From: Lingula anatina | Taxonomy: Eukaryota; Animalia; Brachiopoda | NCBI GenBank assembly: GCA_051362555.1 | Contig: CM120645.1 | Location: 9,734,001-9,798,000, forward strand | Reading direction: 5' to 3' | Length of the DNA stretch: 64,000 nucleotides | Shown: positions 49,502-62,017 of the stretch, in pieces | Position numbering within the stretch: position 1 is the first letter of the stretch | How the letters are laid out: every line of letters begins with the position of its first letter | Made by a program: the position numbers and the translations under genes | The notes under the pieces: generated by a model | Databases searched by the model: none | What the model was told of the DNA's origin: nothing | The model's input: only the letters and a program-made list of their open reading frames with translations

Positions 49502-49893
49502 CTGAACAAGAAGCTGTCATTGATAAAGTGGACATATACATAAAGATTTGTTTAGATGTTAAATAAAGTGAACAGTTGTGTTCTTCAACAAAAATTTCAT
49601 ACATGGTTCTTATCTTTTGAGGAAAAAACATTGTACAGAAGAAATATGTCTAGTTGGAAATGTCTAGTTAAATATGTTTTTATATAAAGTTAAGAACAAC
49701 TAGTAGCTTGAAAAACATGGAAATTGCAACACAGTTACACCTTTTAGTACTATTTAAAAGGATGTGGTTTTCCTTACATTTTGAACGTCTACTGATCCTG
49801 GAAATACAAGGGTTATTTATTTCTCATCTGGAAAAGTTATTCAAGAATAAAATGAAAATGTAATTGCTACAGCTATGAGCAGCAACCGCCCAC

Positions 49894-50050
49894 CTTCTTC
49901 TGGTGTGTCTTTCTCCTCCTCACACACCTCTTTCTCACTGTCGTCATATTTCTGGCGCTGGTGTTTTTCAATGTGTTTTTGTATCACTGCTTCTTTGATG
50001 ATCTTCAACTCCTCGTATGGGAAATACTTGATGAGAAGTGGTTGAAACAC
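49894..50050 (-). CDS. FBXL5: FBXL5 exon 3 (end of hemerythrin domain)
   Basis: ttctag|VFQPLLIKYFPYEELKIIKEAVIQKH...EE G|gtgggc; phase 1 matches exon 4. Confidence 0.88.
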
Positions 50051-50485
50051 CTAGAAAATGTTCATTAAAATATATTCTGGAGTCACGGTAGCATTAGCAA
50101 TTTGTTTAGCTCAGCCAAATTGCCACTTTTTTTGTTAATTTGTTATCCAAATGGTTATAATTAGACTAAAATAAGTCAAATCAAGGCCTTTTGTTTAGCC
50201 AGTTTGTCAATTTTAGCATTTGGCTAAATTGGCGAGTGTTTGCACTACCCCAGACACTATATAAGTAACACAGAATAAGACAACAGCCAGGGGTAGATTA
50301 GTTGTTCTAAATGATCCAACAGTTCAGTGTGCTTATAATAACTAAATGGAAAAATAGACCCTCATCACATACACAAAGACATTAAATTTTTTTTCTGATA
50401 CTTAGATTAAGCTGGCACATTAAGTTTTCAAGGAGTTTTTTAATATGATTTAAATTGGTTAAAATCTTTTTTCCCTATATCTCAC

Positions 50486-50821
50486 CTCTTCTTCCTCTTT
50501 CATATGAGGTAGGAATTGCTCAGTAAACTCCTCCAGTGTTTCACGTAGCTGCTTGCCATAATTAATCCTATCTGCTGGATTACTGGTGACCTTTTCGAGA
50601 CCACTTTTGAAAAACTCAATCATTTCTGTCAAGCGATTGTCTGAGTGGCAGTTGCAGACAGCAGTGTTTGTGATCTGTAAGGCTTTCAGTTTGTGTTTCA
50701 AGCGTTTCATAATGAGTTCATTTTCTATCTGTTCGTGGGCTTTGAATTCGGCAAAGGTGTTGCATAAGTTCTGGAGAAGCATTTCAAGGTCGAAATCAGA
50801 GCTGAAATTCACTGATGACAG
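50486..50821 (-). CDS. FBXL5: FBXL5 exon 2 (hemerythrin-like di-iron domain)
   Basis: ttttag|LSSVNFS...EFKAHEQIENE...CHSDNRL...FLPHMKEEEE|gtgaga; iron-ligand motifs HEQIE, H and HMKEE are conserved. Confidence 0.96.
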
Positions 50822-51796
50822 CTAAAACAATAAAATAAAAATATATAAATAAAAAAGAGTTTTACAGTGATAACTTTCAATCAACTTAAAATACAAATCA
50901 CATATATACTATCAATATCATAAGCTTTGTAGAGCATGTACATTACTCAAATACTTATTTTCTGACAATGATATAAATCAAGGGTGCTCATCTTTTATGT
51001 AGTAATAAAGAAGTTGTTTCCATTCATAATAGTGACTGGTTATTGATAGAAAACCCCTCAGCACTGCAGACATGCTGAAACTGTCATTTCTACGTGTCGA
51101 TGACTGTCAAAATTTCCAAGGGACATGCAACAAATTTAAGAGCCCCAATTTTGAATTGTCTAATTATTTATGTATTCTAATACTACTATGTAAAATATAT
51201 ATAAAGCACAAAAAAACTAAAAAAAAAAACTTCTTTTCTGCTATTAAGAATGTCCTTAGATCCTGCAAATTTTTAACTGCTAGTCTGTTTGTCCGATTGT
51301 TTATAGAAGTGTATAATCATCAGTATCTGATATTTCATACAGATGCAATCTGTGCAAAGAGTTGAACTGACTGATGAAACCAGGCTATCGTGTATATTAA
51401 TAGCCCAGGTGATACTGCCTGACACTTTTAACAAGGCACTGCATTCTGCATCACGACGATCCAAAACATGACCTACTTTTCTTCTGATCTACTGTGACTC
51501 GGACACGGCTCGACTTCCAAGTTCAGTGTTTATCATTACTATCCTGATCATGTCATTTTAAACAACACACAATATCTTGAAATGAAGTTTACCAAGTGTC
51601 TAAATAAAAACTGCTCTAAACTGGCTTTTAACGAAATAAATATACCATACACTGAAAGTGGAAAGATATCTAAAACTGACAGTATTTTCTGAAATCATTC
51701 GCAGTGCGTCTCTTCGAGTTATTCACTCCGTTTAACAGAACATCAAAACAGACAATATATAAGAGGCATTGTAGGGAATAGTATGCTTATACTTAC

Positions 51797-51880
51797 CATA
51801 TCGCAATACTTATGCACCAACTGCTTCATTCGAGAGTGGGGAATGGTAAAAACATCAACTTCCTCAGGAAAGGGTGCCAT
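51797..51880 (-). CDS. FBXL5: FBXL5 exon 1; assembled 9-exon CDS is 1938 nt, 645 aa
   Basis: [28 protein letters not shown]|gtaagt, nearly identical to human [22 protein letters not shown]. All nine exon phases are compatible. Confidence 0.96.
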
Positions 51881-52092
51881 TTTGGAGCAATTTTGAGTCT
51901 CGGTCAATCTCGTACGTGTTGACCAACAGCGTGATTCTGACGTCACATCCTTTGTTGCCTTAGCGACGTTGATATCGCAAAGTGTAGTTTCTACCTGGCT
52001 GCAGTTGCGTGGGGAAGCCCAAAAGAAAAGGAACGGCGTCCTTTTTCATTGACACCAAGGCTTCAGATTAAGTGTCCAAGCCATTTGCAACC
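51881..52092. promoter_or_regulatory. Bidirectional promoter of FBXL5 and SPMIP1-like gene with CRE and RFX X-box
   Basis: Divergent ATGs at 51880 (-) and 52093 (+); TGACGTCA 51938-51945; GTTGCCTTAGCGAC 51954-51967; CpG-rich. Confidence 0.8.
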
Positions 52093-52662
52093 ATGGCGAG
52101 GTATATGGCCAACACTCAAGCTCAGAAATTCTGGGAAGAGTCTATAACCAAAGAAGAACTGGCTCGTTTGCAGTGGTTCGCCAAACTCCGAGGACAATCG
52201 ACAACAGAAGGTAAATCGCGCCAGTATGAGGTGAATCGTAAGAAAATCGACAACGCTCCAAAAGTAAACGAAGATCTCCAAAAGAGACTACCAAAGATTA
52301 AGCCAAGGCAGTACCACAAAAAGAAAGCAGATTACAGCTTTAATTATGCCAAGCTAGCAGCTGAAAACCCCGATGCCGTTTTAGTCGAAATGCGCCCAGT
52401 TAGTCCAAAAACCAGAGAACTTTTATACCAAGGTTTCACCAAGGAGGGAAGGGGCAGATATCAGTATTTGAACCAGAGATACCATCAAGCCATCCCAGAA
52501 AAGAAATACTCATACCCCCTGCTGAGTTCATGGGAATATGGCTGGCGACTAGAGGACGTGATCAAGAAGGAAGAAATTAAGAAGCCTCAATTCGGACGTA
52601 CGCGTATCGTCGCAGACACTTTCTATACTAGGACTGGAATTCCTACATTGAGCTCATACTAA
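52093..52662 (+). CDS. SPMIP1: Sperm microtubule inner protein 1-like (ATP6V1FNB family), intronless, 189 aa
   Basis: Family motifs Q.FW.E...KE...R..W and EMRPVSPKTRELLYQGFTKEGRGRYQYL...PEKKYSYPLLSSWEYGW...TFY; compare human EMYPVPP..RALLYEG...GRYRYL...PE.RY.FP.TTS..YGW. Kozak context aaccATGG. Confidence 0.85.
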   Translation: MARYMANTQAQKFWEESITKEELARLQWFAKLRGQSTTEGKSRQYEVNRKKIDNAPKVNEDLQKRLPKIKPRQYHKKKADYSFNYAKLAAENPDAVLVEMRPVSPKTRELLYQGFTKEGRGRYQYLNQRYHQAIPEKKYSYPLLSSWEYGWRLEDVIKKEEIKKPQFGRTRIVADTFYTRTGIPTLSSY

Positions 52663-55600
52663 CTGTGTTTTTTTTTCTGCCAGACTCATACAGGATTCAC
52701 ACACAAAAACTTGGATCTAGTGACGATTTTATTCATTGCCACCCAGCAATTAATCTTCTCCTGCATATGGCGTTTAGCATTTGTAAACTTTGACGGTGTA
52801 ATACGATATATGCAGGTACAGTTATAGACCAGCTCACATTGCTCAAGTGCTTGTCTGCTGTTGCTAATACATTTTTTTCGGGACCAGGGGACCATTTTCA
52901 TTGCCAAGGCTCAATGGGAGAACATTTTTATGCTCAGTTTCATGGGCATTTTTTTTAATTTAATTGAGTATCACTGACCAGACCAAGCTCGTATTACCTG
53001 TTAACAGCTTGGCAGCATTGACGCTGTGGTTCATTATCTGCTGGAACTCATTCATCGTGATTTAAAAGTATCAAGGCAATTTTTCTCACTTGACTGTAGG
53101 TAAAATGACTTTTTTCTATAGACATTGCACTGTGTGTATTGTCTTTTAGATCATGAGAACAAGGTTGATTTTGACATGTAGGTACTTTTTCACTTGTATA
53201 ACTTTGGTGGGGAGTGGGGGGGGGGTGCATGGCATTATATGTGATACTTTTGGCACGTTTTTTGACTCAAGTGCCTGTTAAAAATTCAGAGGTTAGGTTT
53301 ACATTTTTAATAATATGCTCCACTAGTTTTACACAATTAACATACCGCAAACCACAACCTCAGGTGTCTAAAGAGAATACAAGGCATGGGCCTGCATCAG
53401 GAACCCATTTTCCCTACATCCCAAGAATGTGTTCACAATGACTGGCTTCAGAAGCCAGACCTGGATACACAAACATTAATACTGAATGGAGCAATTGTCA
53501 GGCTGATAAACCCACCAGGCAGCACACGCTTTGCTATTAAAAATGTAGCAGTAGCCAATCAGTCAGAAAATTGGATGAAATATCGATAAAATTACTCCTA
53601 GTTTCCATCACACGCTGACAAAAAACACTTAGCCAGGTAACCACGAGAACATTCAGTTATATCAGGTGTCTTTGTATTCTGTCTTTAGTGCAGTCAATGG
53701 GGTTAAACAAATCGACAAGCATTTATACAGTTATCAGGGCTGTGTAACACTTACCGAGCTTCTCCTCTTTATACTGAGTTTTACCATTGTGGACTGCTTT
53801 TGTGTGCCTTTCATAAAATCCATTAATCGCATGAACAATCACAGTAATAGCATTGATAATCAGATTTAGGGAAGGTGAAAGCAGATTTCTGTGATCAATT
53901 TTATGAGTATTTAATTGGTGCCAATGCATAATTCAGATAATCATGGAGTGCAAAATGCCATACTTATGTAATCTATGATGTCATAGTTGAATTATTAAGA
54001 TTTACGTGAACCAACTGGTTTGCAAATCGAGATCCTTATCAAGATCCGTCCATTTGTACATAAAGAAAAGATTGTATATATACATATATATCATATTATA
54101 TGTGATAGATTTACTACCTAGAATCTGTAGAACTGCTGCATATTTAGATGTGATAATTATAAAAACTAGAAAAAATAGTTGCAACCATTTTTGCCATTGA
54201 GAGTGATTTAAGATATATATACTTTAAGCATTCCAAGATGTCCAATGATCAGTTCAAATACTGTATAAATTTACAATTACATAACTTTTCAGGTGTAATT
54301 TGTCTGTATTATTCAGTGCTGAAATTTCAATCCTGCACTCCTCACTTCCTTACTGCTTTCTAGTATTACCGCCATGTGCATTGGTACGGAATACCAGTAC
54401 TCCGTACTGCATATCACATCCTTGTCTTTTCTTTTCACACAGATGAATCATGATCTACTGTGAACTATTGGCATAGAAATAAATCTTTTTTGTGCAATGA
54501 TCTGTTGTTAATTGTTTGGTTCTTTTGGATTTATTTTCAAAGAATCGTGCTTGAAGTGGGAAGTAAATGAGTCAATTGCATCACTTAACTTTGCTTTCAT
54601 CCTGAAGTTTAAAAATTGCGGGGGTGGGGAAGGCAATGAAGAAGGCAATGTCATCAAAAAAAAAAAAAAAGAATATCTGAATAATCATGTTCCAGCAGTG
54701 TGAATGAAGAATAACCTAACAGCATGACATCCATTAATCAATGGTGCAAACACTGCCGACTATGGTCCTCTCCTCAACTGATGTTCATCTAATGGAAAAG
54801 AGGATTTATACATTTATTTCCAAAGGTCTGCATGGGCCTATTAAATCAATCATATAGTTAAAAGGACTTAAAACCCTAGGATATTGAAACAGGACAACAG
54901 GCTGGACATAAAAGAGCTGTCCGTTTAAGTGCACAAACTGTAAATGGCCATAGACACTATGGGGTCAATGGGGTCTAAATGGACCCTTTGACCATATTCA
55001 TACATTTGCCCTCAGGGGCATAAGCTGTGAGATCATATTGAATGGCAGTGTGCGTGTAGTATTCTGTTTTTCATTCGAACCTGAAGAAATAATTGAATAG
55101 TTTGTTCTTTTCACAAAGCCTTAAAAAAGGGTAGTGTACCTGCATAAGATAACAGTTTTGACAGCTTTTGTCCAAATAATTTCCCCACTTTCAGAAAAGT
55201 TTTGTTCCCCCTACTTTCCTCATTTTTTTAAACCTGAGGCAATAAAACCACAGTGGAATCAAACGCCGTAGAATTATAGTCTGTTGGATTCATCACAATT
55301 TCTCAGCTGATTATGAAAAGTAACCAAGGGTGAAAGGCAACCGACTGTGAACCTGAATACAAATGTTTACATTAATGTGAATTCATGCACACTTTAACCT
55401 GTGTATGGCTTTATTACAACCATTCAAGAACATGGGCTTGCATACTGTTATATCCTATGTAAATATAATGTCGGAAATAATTGAAATCTTACCCGGCCAT
55501 TATATTCATTTTGTTCCTTCTTTTTATGGTAGCTTTAGTCTTGCATTAAGTGCATGTTCTCTTTCCTTTTGGTCATGTTTTCTCAATCTATAAAATTACT

Positions 55601-56745
55601 TCTTTTTTCTTTAACAAATCCCCTGCTTTTACAGTCAGTTAATACAATTTTGGTGATAATTTGGTCGAAATCAGAAAATTCACTAGGTCTCAGGTTTTAG
55701 TTTCTAATTAAGTTAACAGAGAGCTGCTTGTTGATAAGTATTTTATTCATTTGATCTTCAAGTACATATTCATATTTCAGACTTAAATTTAACATTATTA
55801 TTTATATAACAATTATTATTATAGATTTCTAAGTCAATACATATTTATGAAAAATATAGGATTTAAACCTTCCAGGTACCTCTTAAAATTGTACCATCAC
55901 TCATCTGCCACTGCAATATATCACATATTGTGTGGCTTCCCTTGTGCATGGACATAATAACCTCTTATTATGTCCATGCCTTGTGTAAGTCTTTTTTTTT
56001 TCATTTTACTAAAGTTCTCTTTCTATCTTCGCAATGTCTTTTTTAATAGATTATTATTCTAATTAGACAAATCAATACATTAGGTACAACATAATCCCTG
56101 TTCAGAAATAGTTGACCAAGGTAATTTGGGGGGAGGTGACTCAGGTGGTTTGGAAAAAAAAAACTATAATGATGGTGTCCACGGCAAGACTATTCTTTCT
56201 ATTTGCAAGAGCAGCACTGTGTGAGAATAATGATACCAGCAAAACACATCAGTTTTCACTTTGGTTTGAACTTTATTGAACCTTTCTCATTGTTCATCTC
56301 ACCACTTAACTACGTGTGTGTCCAGAGGAAATTGTACCTTCCACATTTTTTTTCTTATCTAGTATTTTTTTTCTATTAAAGGAACCAGCACAGAATTTGC
56401 GACCCTTTTGAATGAATTCTCCATCACATATTGGATACTTCAGCTACTATAGATAAGATATAAGTAGGTTCTTCTGTTAAAAATGGTGATTTTAAGATTA
56501 TTATGGACACCGGCTATCAGTGACCCCTCCCATTACTTATAATCACCCATGTAATGGCCATACACTGTCCACTATATGTCAGGGTTGCTTGGCACTCTAA
56601 AAGACAAGTTCACTCTCTGTCTAATTATTTGTGCTAATGGGTATGAAATTAGAGTCAAGTGGGCTTTAATGGCATACGTTAACAGACCAGAACGGAGAAA
56701 AAAAAAAATAAGGGGACAGTTTGTCAAGAGACTGCCCACAAAGAT

Positions 56746-56748
<3 letters not shown>

Positions 56749-56822
<74 letters not shown>
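56749..56822. repeat. (AT)37 microsatellite
   Basis: Direct observation. Confidence 0.95.
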
Positions 56823-56830
<8 letters not shown>

Positions 56831-59543
56831 TTTGTAAATTGGAATGGATGAAAATGGACAGGGTATTTTACCTGTAATAAACATTGTTTTTACATGTACA
56901 TATCACTAAGTCTTGTACATACTGAGAACTTAATATTTATATCGAACATTACATATAAGCCATACAGCTTAGGAATACAGCTGTACCAATACACTTATCA
57001 GACTTATGATAATTCTATCATGTAACGTAGTCCGTAATTATACATAATTATGCTACTGGATACTTTTCACCCCTTTTTTTACATTGTCTGCTTCCTGCTG
57101 TTAATATTTAGGCAGAAGTTGATAATAACAGTTTATGTCATGTTATATTGGTACAGCTGTACTGTTAGGATATTATGTTCGTTGTGAGACAGTAAATTTG
57201 TGCTGACAGTCATTAAGCCAAGTTCTATCCCTTCAACTAACATCCTCTTCACAGTCTTAATTAAAAGCTCATAATATCTTGATAAAAAAGGGGTAGAACA
57301 TTGATTAAGTTTGAAAAAAAAAGAAATCAAAGTAAAAGAGGTATATTGGTCTGAGCTATCACACACTGATCTAAAAGCTTGCTGGCTTGAAAGTTAATTT
57401 CATATGATAAATTCTGGTTTCTTCACCATTGCCACTTTGTTAATTTTTCAGTTGGCTTTTTGCATTATTGATATTTCAACTTTTGACCCAACTTAAAAAA
57501 TAAAATTAAAATAAAAGATGGACCAATTACCATCTGGATCAAATTGACCTCGAGAAATTAACAACCGTCATACCAAGAAACTTCACGATTTCAACTCTTA
57601 ACTTAAGCGGTCCCATCTTACAAATTATACTTAAGCTACTAAGATATAGTTTGTAACTTTAAAACCCAAGGTACACGTGTATAGTCGATATGCATTTTAT
57701 CATCTACAAACACATCAATAGTACTAGACCCTCTCGCTGATAAAGGACCTCGGGGTAATATAGCGCCTTGGGGTGTGTTCACATCCAGATGTACTTGGAC
57801 AAGAATTGGCTTAACTGAAGTGAAATTTATGATAAAAAGTAAATCATTTTTAAAGAGTCACTAAATGTGTTTTCTGTATTAATTAGTTGTAACGAGTCAG
57901 TTTTGTGCTTAAAGGCTCAAAAGATGAAAAGTTTAAGTTCAATGCCTCAACATACATGTTCACTCTTAGCAATAATATTTTCTTTCAATCATTATTGTCC
58001 TATAGACAATAAAATTTCTCTTAAACAAAAACAAATGTCTAAACATGAGATTTAAAATTTCAAGGCAAATTATCAAGGGGGGTGGGGGGGGGGGGTCCCT
58101 ACATAATAGATATGGTCCTTTAGTGAGGTCAGTCATGCTATTCCCAGTTTAGGTCAAACTGTAGGTTTTTCTGGTTGTGAACACAATCTTCAATATGTGC
58201 AAACCAGTGGGTTATCAGCAACTTATATGGCTGTAAAAGTATCATAACACCTGAGGTGTCCTGTTATCAGTTTAAAATTACAAACTGACAGCTTTATATA
58301 TCACCTCTCTGAAAAATGTCTCCAGAAGTAATAGATAAGAAAAAAAAAATTAGTTGACTGGTATATAAGCTTACAGTATAGTGTTAAATGTATGTGACTG
58401 TGTACATGTACATATATCCATTTTTTTTCTAATATTGACAGTTTTATCTAACATTTATTTCTGCCTACATCATACATCAAAATATTGTTACTCTAAACAT
58501 GCATATTAACCCATCCTTTAAAATCTCAAGTGCATATACAGACTTTGATAATACAAAAAGTGTCATGTTTCATTGACAACACTTTATAGTATCATGCCCA
58601 TTAAATAACTGTCAACTTTCTGCCAAGATTGTCTGCATTCAGGTGCCAACAACTGAATTCATTCAAGCATGTTGTTACAAAACAGCAATAATCGATGAGA
58701 TGTTATGACATTCCAACCAAAAAAAGGGTGTCTGAATATGAATCTACTTAAGTCACGCTTGTGATACACAGGGATACACTGAGAATGGATTAAATGTATT
58801 TCCAGGCAAATGAAGCCATTGTCATGGTTCGTTCAGTACAGCTGTTCTGTCCCCATGGTGGTCTGGTTTTATGATAAAGGTTTTAATTTTGCTTACTTAT
58901 CAGTTTATCAGGGTCTCCACAAACAGTCTGGCATTAAGTTTTATTACCAGCTATTTATTTAAGGGGTGAAATATGTTGCCTGACAAAAGGCAATAATACT
59001 GTAAGATTTTATTTCAGCATATGTTTAATATTGGTGGATCCAGGATTATTTGAATTAAGGGTGGTCCATGGATGTGAAGCTGACCCCTCCCCCTCCCCTT
59101 GGTGTGGGGTGCGGGGCCCGCTTAAGGGCCCTGAAAAATTTTGTTATTTTTGAGGGGGAACAACGCCATTTGGAACTATGATATTCAGCTAGTCAAAATT
59201 CTAATTCCAACAGGGGACCATTGATGTTTTTTACCAGAAATTGAAAGGGGGGAGGGGGGGTCAGGGCCCCCCGACCCCCCCCCCCCCCACCCCCACCCCC
59301 AGAATGCAGTTATCTTACTGGGTACTTTACTTGGATGTGCTGACTTATTTAATAATCTTCTCATTTGGATCAAAGTTTCATATCTAAAATACATCAAAAA
59401 TTCAAATTTACAATGTCCAAAATATTTTAAATCCTTGGGCCTGGAATTCACCTCATAAGACATGATGCCAGAAAAAAAAAGTCCTGAGGTGAAATATCAT
59501 TTAGTTTTGCTTTCGTTCCACTCATCAGGAGAGCAGAATATCG

Positions 59544-60797
59544 TGTAACCAACGATCAGTACTTAGAGGTTTGCCGAGTGGCACTTATCCTGTTAGTTTG
59601 ACAGGTTACATCCAGGGGGTCAGCAATACTAAAGAACGGCAGACGAAAAGCATGGTCTCATCTTTAGAACTGCAATTTGGGTATGTTTCACTGTTCTGAA
59701 TAAATCAGCAGTGCACTGTCCACTAAAAATGCTGAGTATCTGCTGCTCAAAAGACTTATGGGAACATGTGCAAAAACAAAGACAACTGAAGCCAGACTGT
59801 GCGAGAACAGGTGTGGAAAATAGGGCCTATATATACATTTAAAATTTGACTTTCCTTTCATAGGATATGTACAATGGTTTCATTTTCACGCCATATAAAA
59901 GCCATTTTCATTTTTATAAAACCAGGTACAATGTCTAGATCATCTGGATCACTACTGATTTGTTTTGAGATAAACTTCACTAAAAATTTCCACCTTAGAA
60001 CAATTTGTGTCTGAAGTTCTTAAGTGAAATCTGCTCCAGCTGAGTTTAAAAGCCATTGGGCTCTTAAAGGTAATCATATATGCCAATCAGCTAAAAACAG
60101 ACTTTTCAAGAGGCCAACATCAGCTTGCACAGTGATGAGCTGACAGCAAGTGAGTGAAATCTTTGGTGACACTGCTGTTGACAGCTGTTTTATTTAGTGA
60201 GGTATCATAGAGGTGATTTCATGGCCAAATTTAATTTCAGAAAATCCCTATTTTAGTTCAAGTTATATGTAATTAAATTATATTTAGATGTCCTAAAATT
60301 ATATTAAGTGAATATTTAAGTAAATTACATTAAACTTCTACATAAATCAAGTCAGATGTCAGTGTATAATAAATGTATTTAGATGTCCAAGTTAAAATTA
60401 CATTAAAGTTCTGCAGGATGTTTTCAGGACTGAATAACTTCATTTATGGCTTCATCTTCTAGTTAAAGTTTAAATCAGCCTTGGTCTAATTGTGTTAAAG
60501 GTCTCCTGCAATATGTCTTAATTCTGTTAATTGGCTTCAATATCTCTGACTTGCTTAAGGAATCACTGTAATGTAATTGTCCTTGTGTATTAGTATATAA
60601 GGAGAAGAATTTGCAATATACTGTCATTAGAGTCTTGTGTCTTCACATGAAGTAGTCAGAAGTAGTGTAGAGTAGAACATATAGTCAGCAGAAAGAAGTG
60701 GACCAGTGACACCAATACCTGGATTGTACAGAATAAAGGTAGAGATCACACAGATTGTAGTGAGTCTCTAGAAACGTAACAACGGCTTGGTGTTACA
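59544..60797 (+). repeat. Putative 5' LTR (~1.25 kb) of the Gypsy element
   Basis: Ends in GTTACA (60797) directly before the PBS. The matching inverted TGTAAC is at 59544. Contains TATATAA (60594-60600) and AATAAA (60732-60737). The left boundary is tentative because the 3' LTR is outside the window. Confidence 0.5.
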
Positions 60798-60806
60798 TGG
60801 TGGAGC
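60798..60806 (+). promoter_or_regulatory. Primer-binding site TGGTGGAG (tRNA 3'-CCA complement, Ala-like)
   Basis: TGG immediately follows the LTR-terminal CA; 8 nt match the ...CUCCACCA 3' end typical of tRNA-Ala. Confidence 0.55.
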
Positions 60807-60835
60807 CTGAAGATCCCCAAAGTACCTCTCGCTAG

Positions 60836-62017
60836 ATGTCAAGTGTACCAGAAAACAACATAATCAGACAGCTACGAAATAGAAATATCATGAATCAACA
60901 AGAGCAAGTCCACCCAGGAGCTGATCCCCAACCGCAAGAAGTAAGAGTAAGAGCACAACCAGAAATTCAACTAGGAGTCCCTCTACAACTATTTACGGGA
61001 AAAGAAGATCCTGCACGATGGATATCACGCTATAACAAACTTTGTACAGCTAAACAATGGAATGAGCAAGAAAAGGTGCATCATTTTCCTCTCTATTTAG
61101 ATGGAGTAGCAGAGGAGTGGCATGAACAATTGTCACAGGACATTCAAGAAAACTATGAACAGTTACAGAGAGCATTCCAGTCAAGATTCTCTCCTCATCC
61201 TCACGCTTATGACAAAATTGCAGCATTACAGAACATGGTACAGGCACCTCATGAAAAAGTTTTGGACTTTATAACAAGGAAAAGAACTTTAGCCAACCAA
61301 GCACACATACCAGAAGATCAGATGTCACAGTACATCATTCCAACATTGCTCCCAGAAATCAAGAAATTTGTAATTCAAAAACAGACAAATTCCCCACAAG
61401 AACTAGAAGAGGCAGCTGCATTAGCTGAAGCAGCAATAATGTCCACAAACCTGAATGACAAGAAAGTGGATCAGGAAACAATAGGAGAAATTTACTCCAG
61501 CCAAGCCCAGCAGTTCAGTCAACAACCACAACAGATCAGTCAACAACCTCAGCAGTTAAGTCAACAGCCACAACCTTTCAGTCAACCGCTGCAGCAGTTT
61601 AGTTACCCACCACAGCAGTATATTTACCCAGCACTGCAGTTTATTCAACCAGCCCAGCCATTCGGTTACCCAGCCCAGCAGTTCACCTACCCAGCCCAAC
61701 AATTTATTCACCCAGCCCAGCAGTTCAGCTACCCAGCCCAGCAGACCACTCAACCAGCACAACTAGAATCTAACAGCAGGACCCAAATGCCGTATAATGA
61801 ACAAGCAAGGTATCAACAGACTCAGCAACCTCGTCAACAGTCCAACCAGTCCAGACAAAAAAACAATGGACCACGCAGCAACAAACCAGACTATTGCAGA
61901 AACTGTGGTAAGTGGGAACCATTAGCTCATCACAAATGTCCAGCAAAAGGTCAATTTTGTCACAAATGTCACAAAGCAAATCATTTTGCTAGAGTGTGTT
62001 TAAGTAAACAACATTAG
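60836..62017 (+). CDS. gag: Retrotransposon Gag (capsid domain, heptad repeats, two zinc knuckles), 393 aa
   Basis: Capsid signature FTGKEDPARWISRY...W...LYLDGVAEEW...YEQLQRAFQSRF...Q...EKVLDF; C-terminal CRNC..HHKC and CHKCHKANHFARVC (CX2CX4HX4C). Confidence 0.92.
   Translation: MSSVPENNIIRQLRNRNIMNQQEQVHPGADPQPQEVRVRAQPEIQLGVPLQLFTGKEDPARWISRYNKLCTAKQWNEQEKVHHFPLYLDGVAEEWHEQLSQDIQENYEQLQRAFQSRFSPHPHAYDKIAALQNMVQAPHEKVLDFITRKRTLANQAHIPEDQMSQYIIPTLLPEIKKFVIQKQTNSPQELEEAAALAEAAIMSTNLNDKKVDQETIGEIYSSQAQQFSQQPQQISQQPQQLSQQPQPFSQPLQQFSYPPQQYIYPALQFIQPAQPFGYPAQQFTYPAQQFIHPAQQFSYPAQQTTQPAQLESNSRTQMPYNEQARYQQTQQPRQQSNQSRQKNNGPRSNKPDYCRNCGKWEPLAHHKCPAKGQFCHKCHKANHFARVCLSKQH

Noticed and set aside
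59030-59305. GGATCCAG...GGGGGG/CCCCCC segment resembling a MITE
   Set aside because: Probably a decayed MITE, but matching termini and TSD could not be defined.
61990-62017. Ribosomal frameshift site at the gag-pol junction
   Set aside because: Pol is in the same frame as gag, so no shift is required, and no X XXY YYZ heptamer is present.
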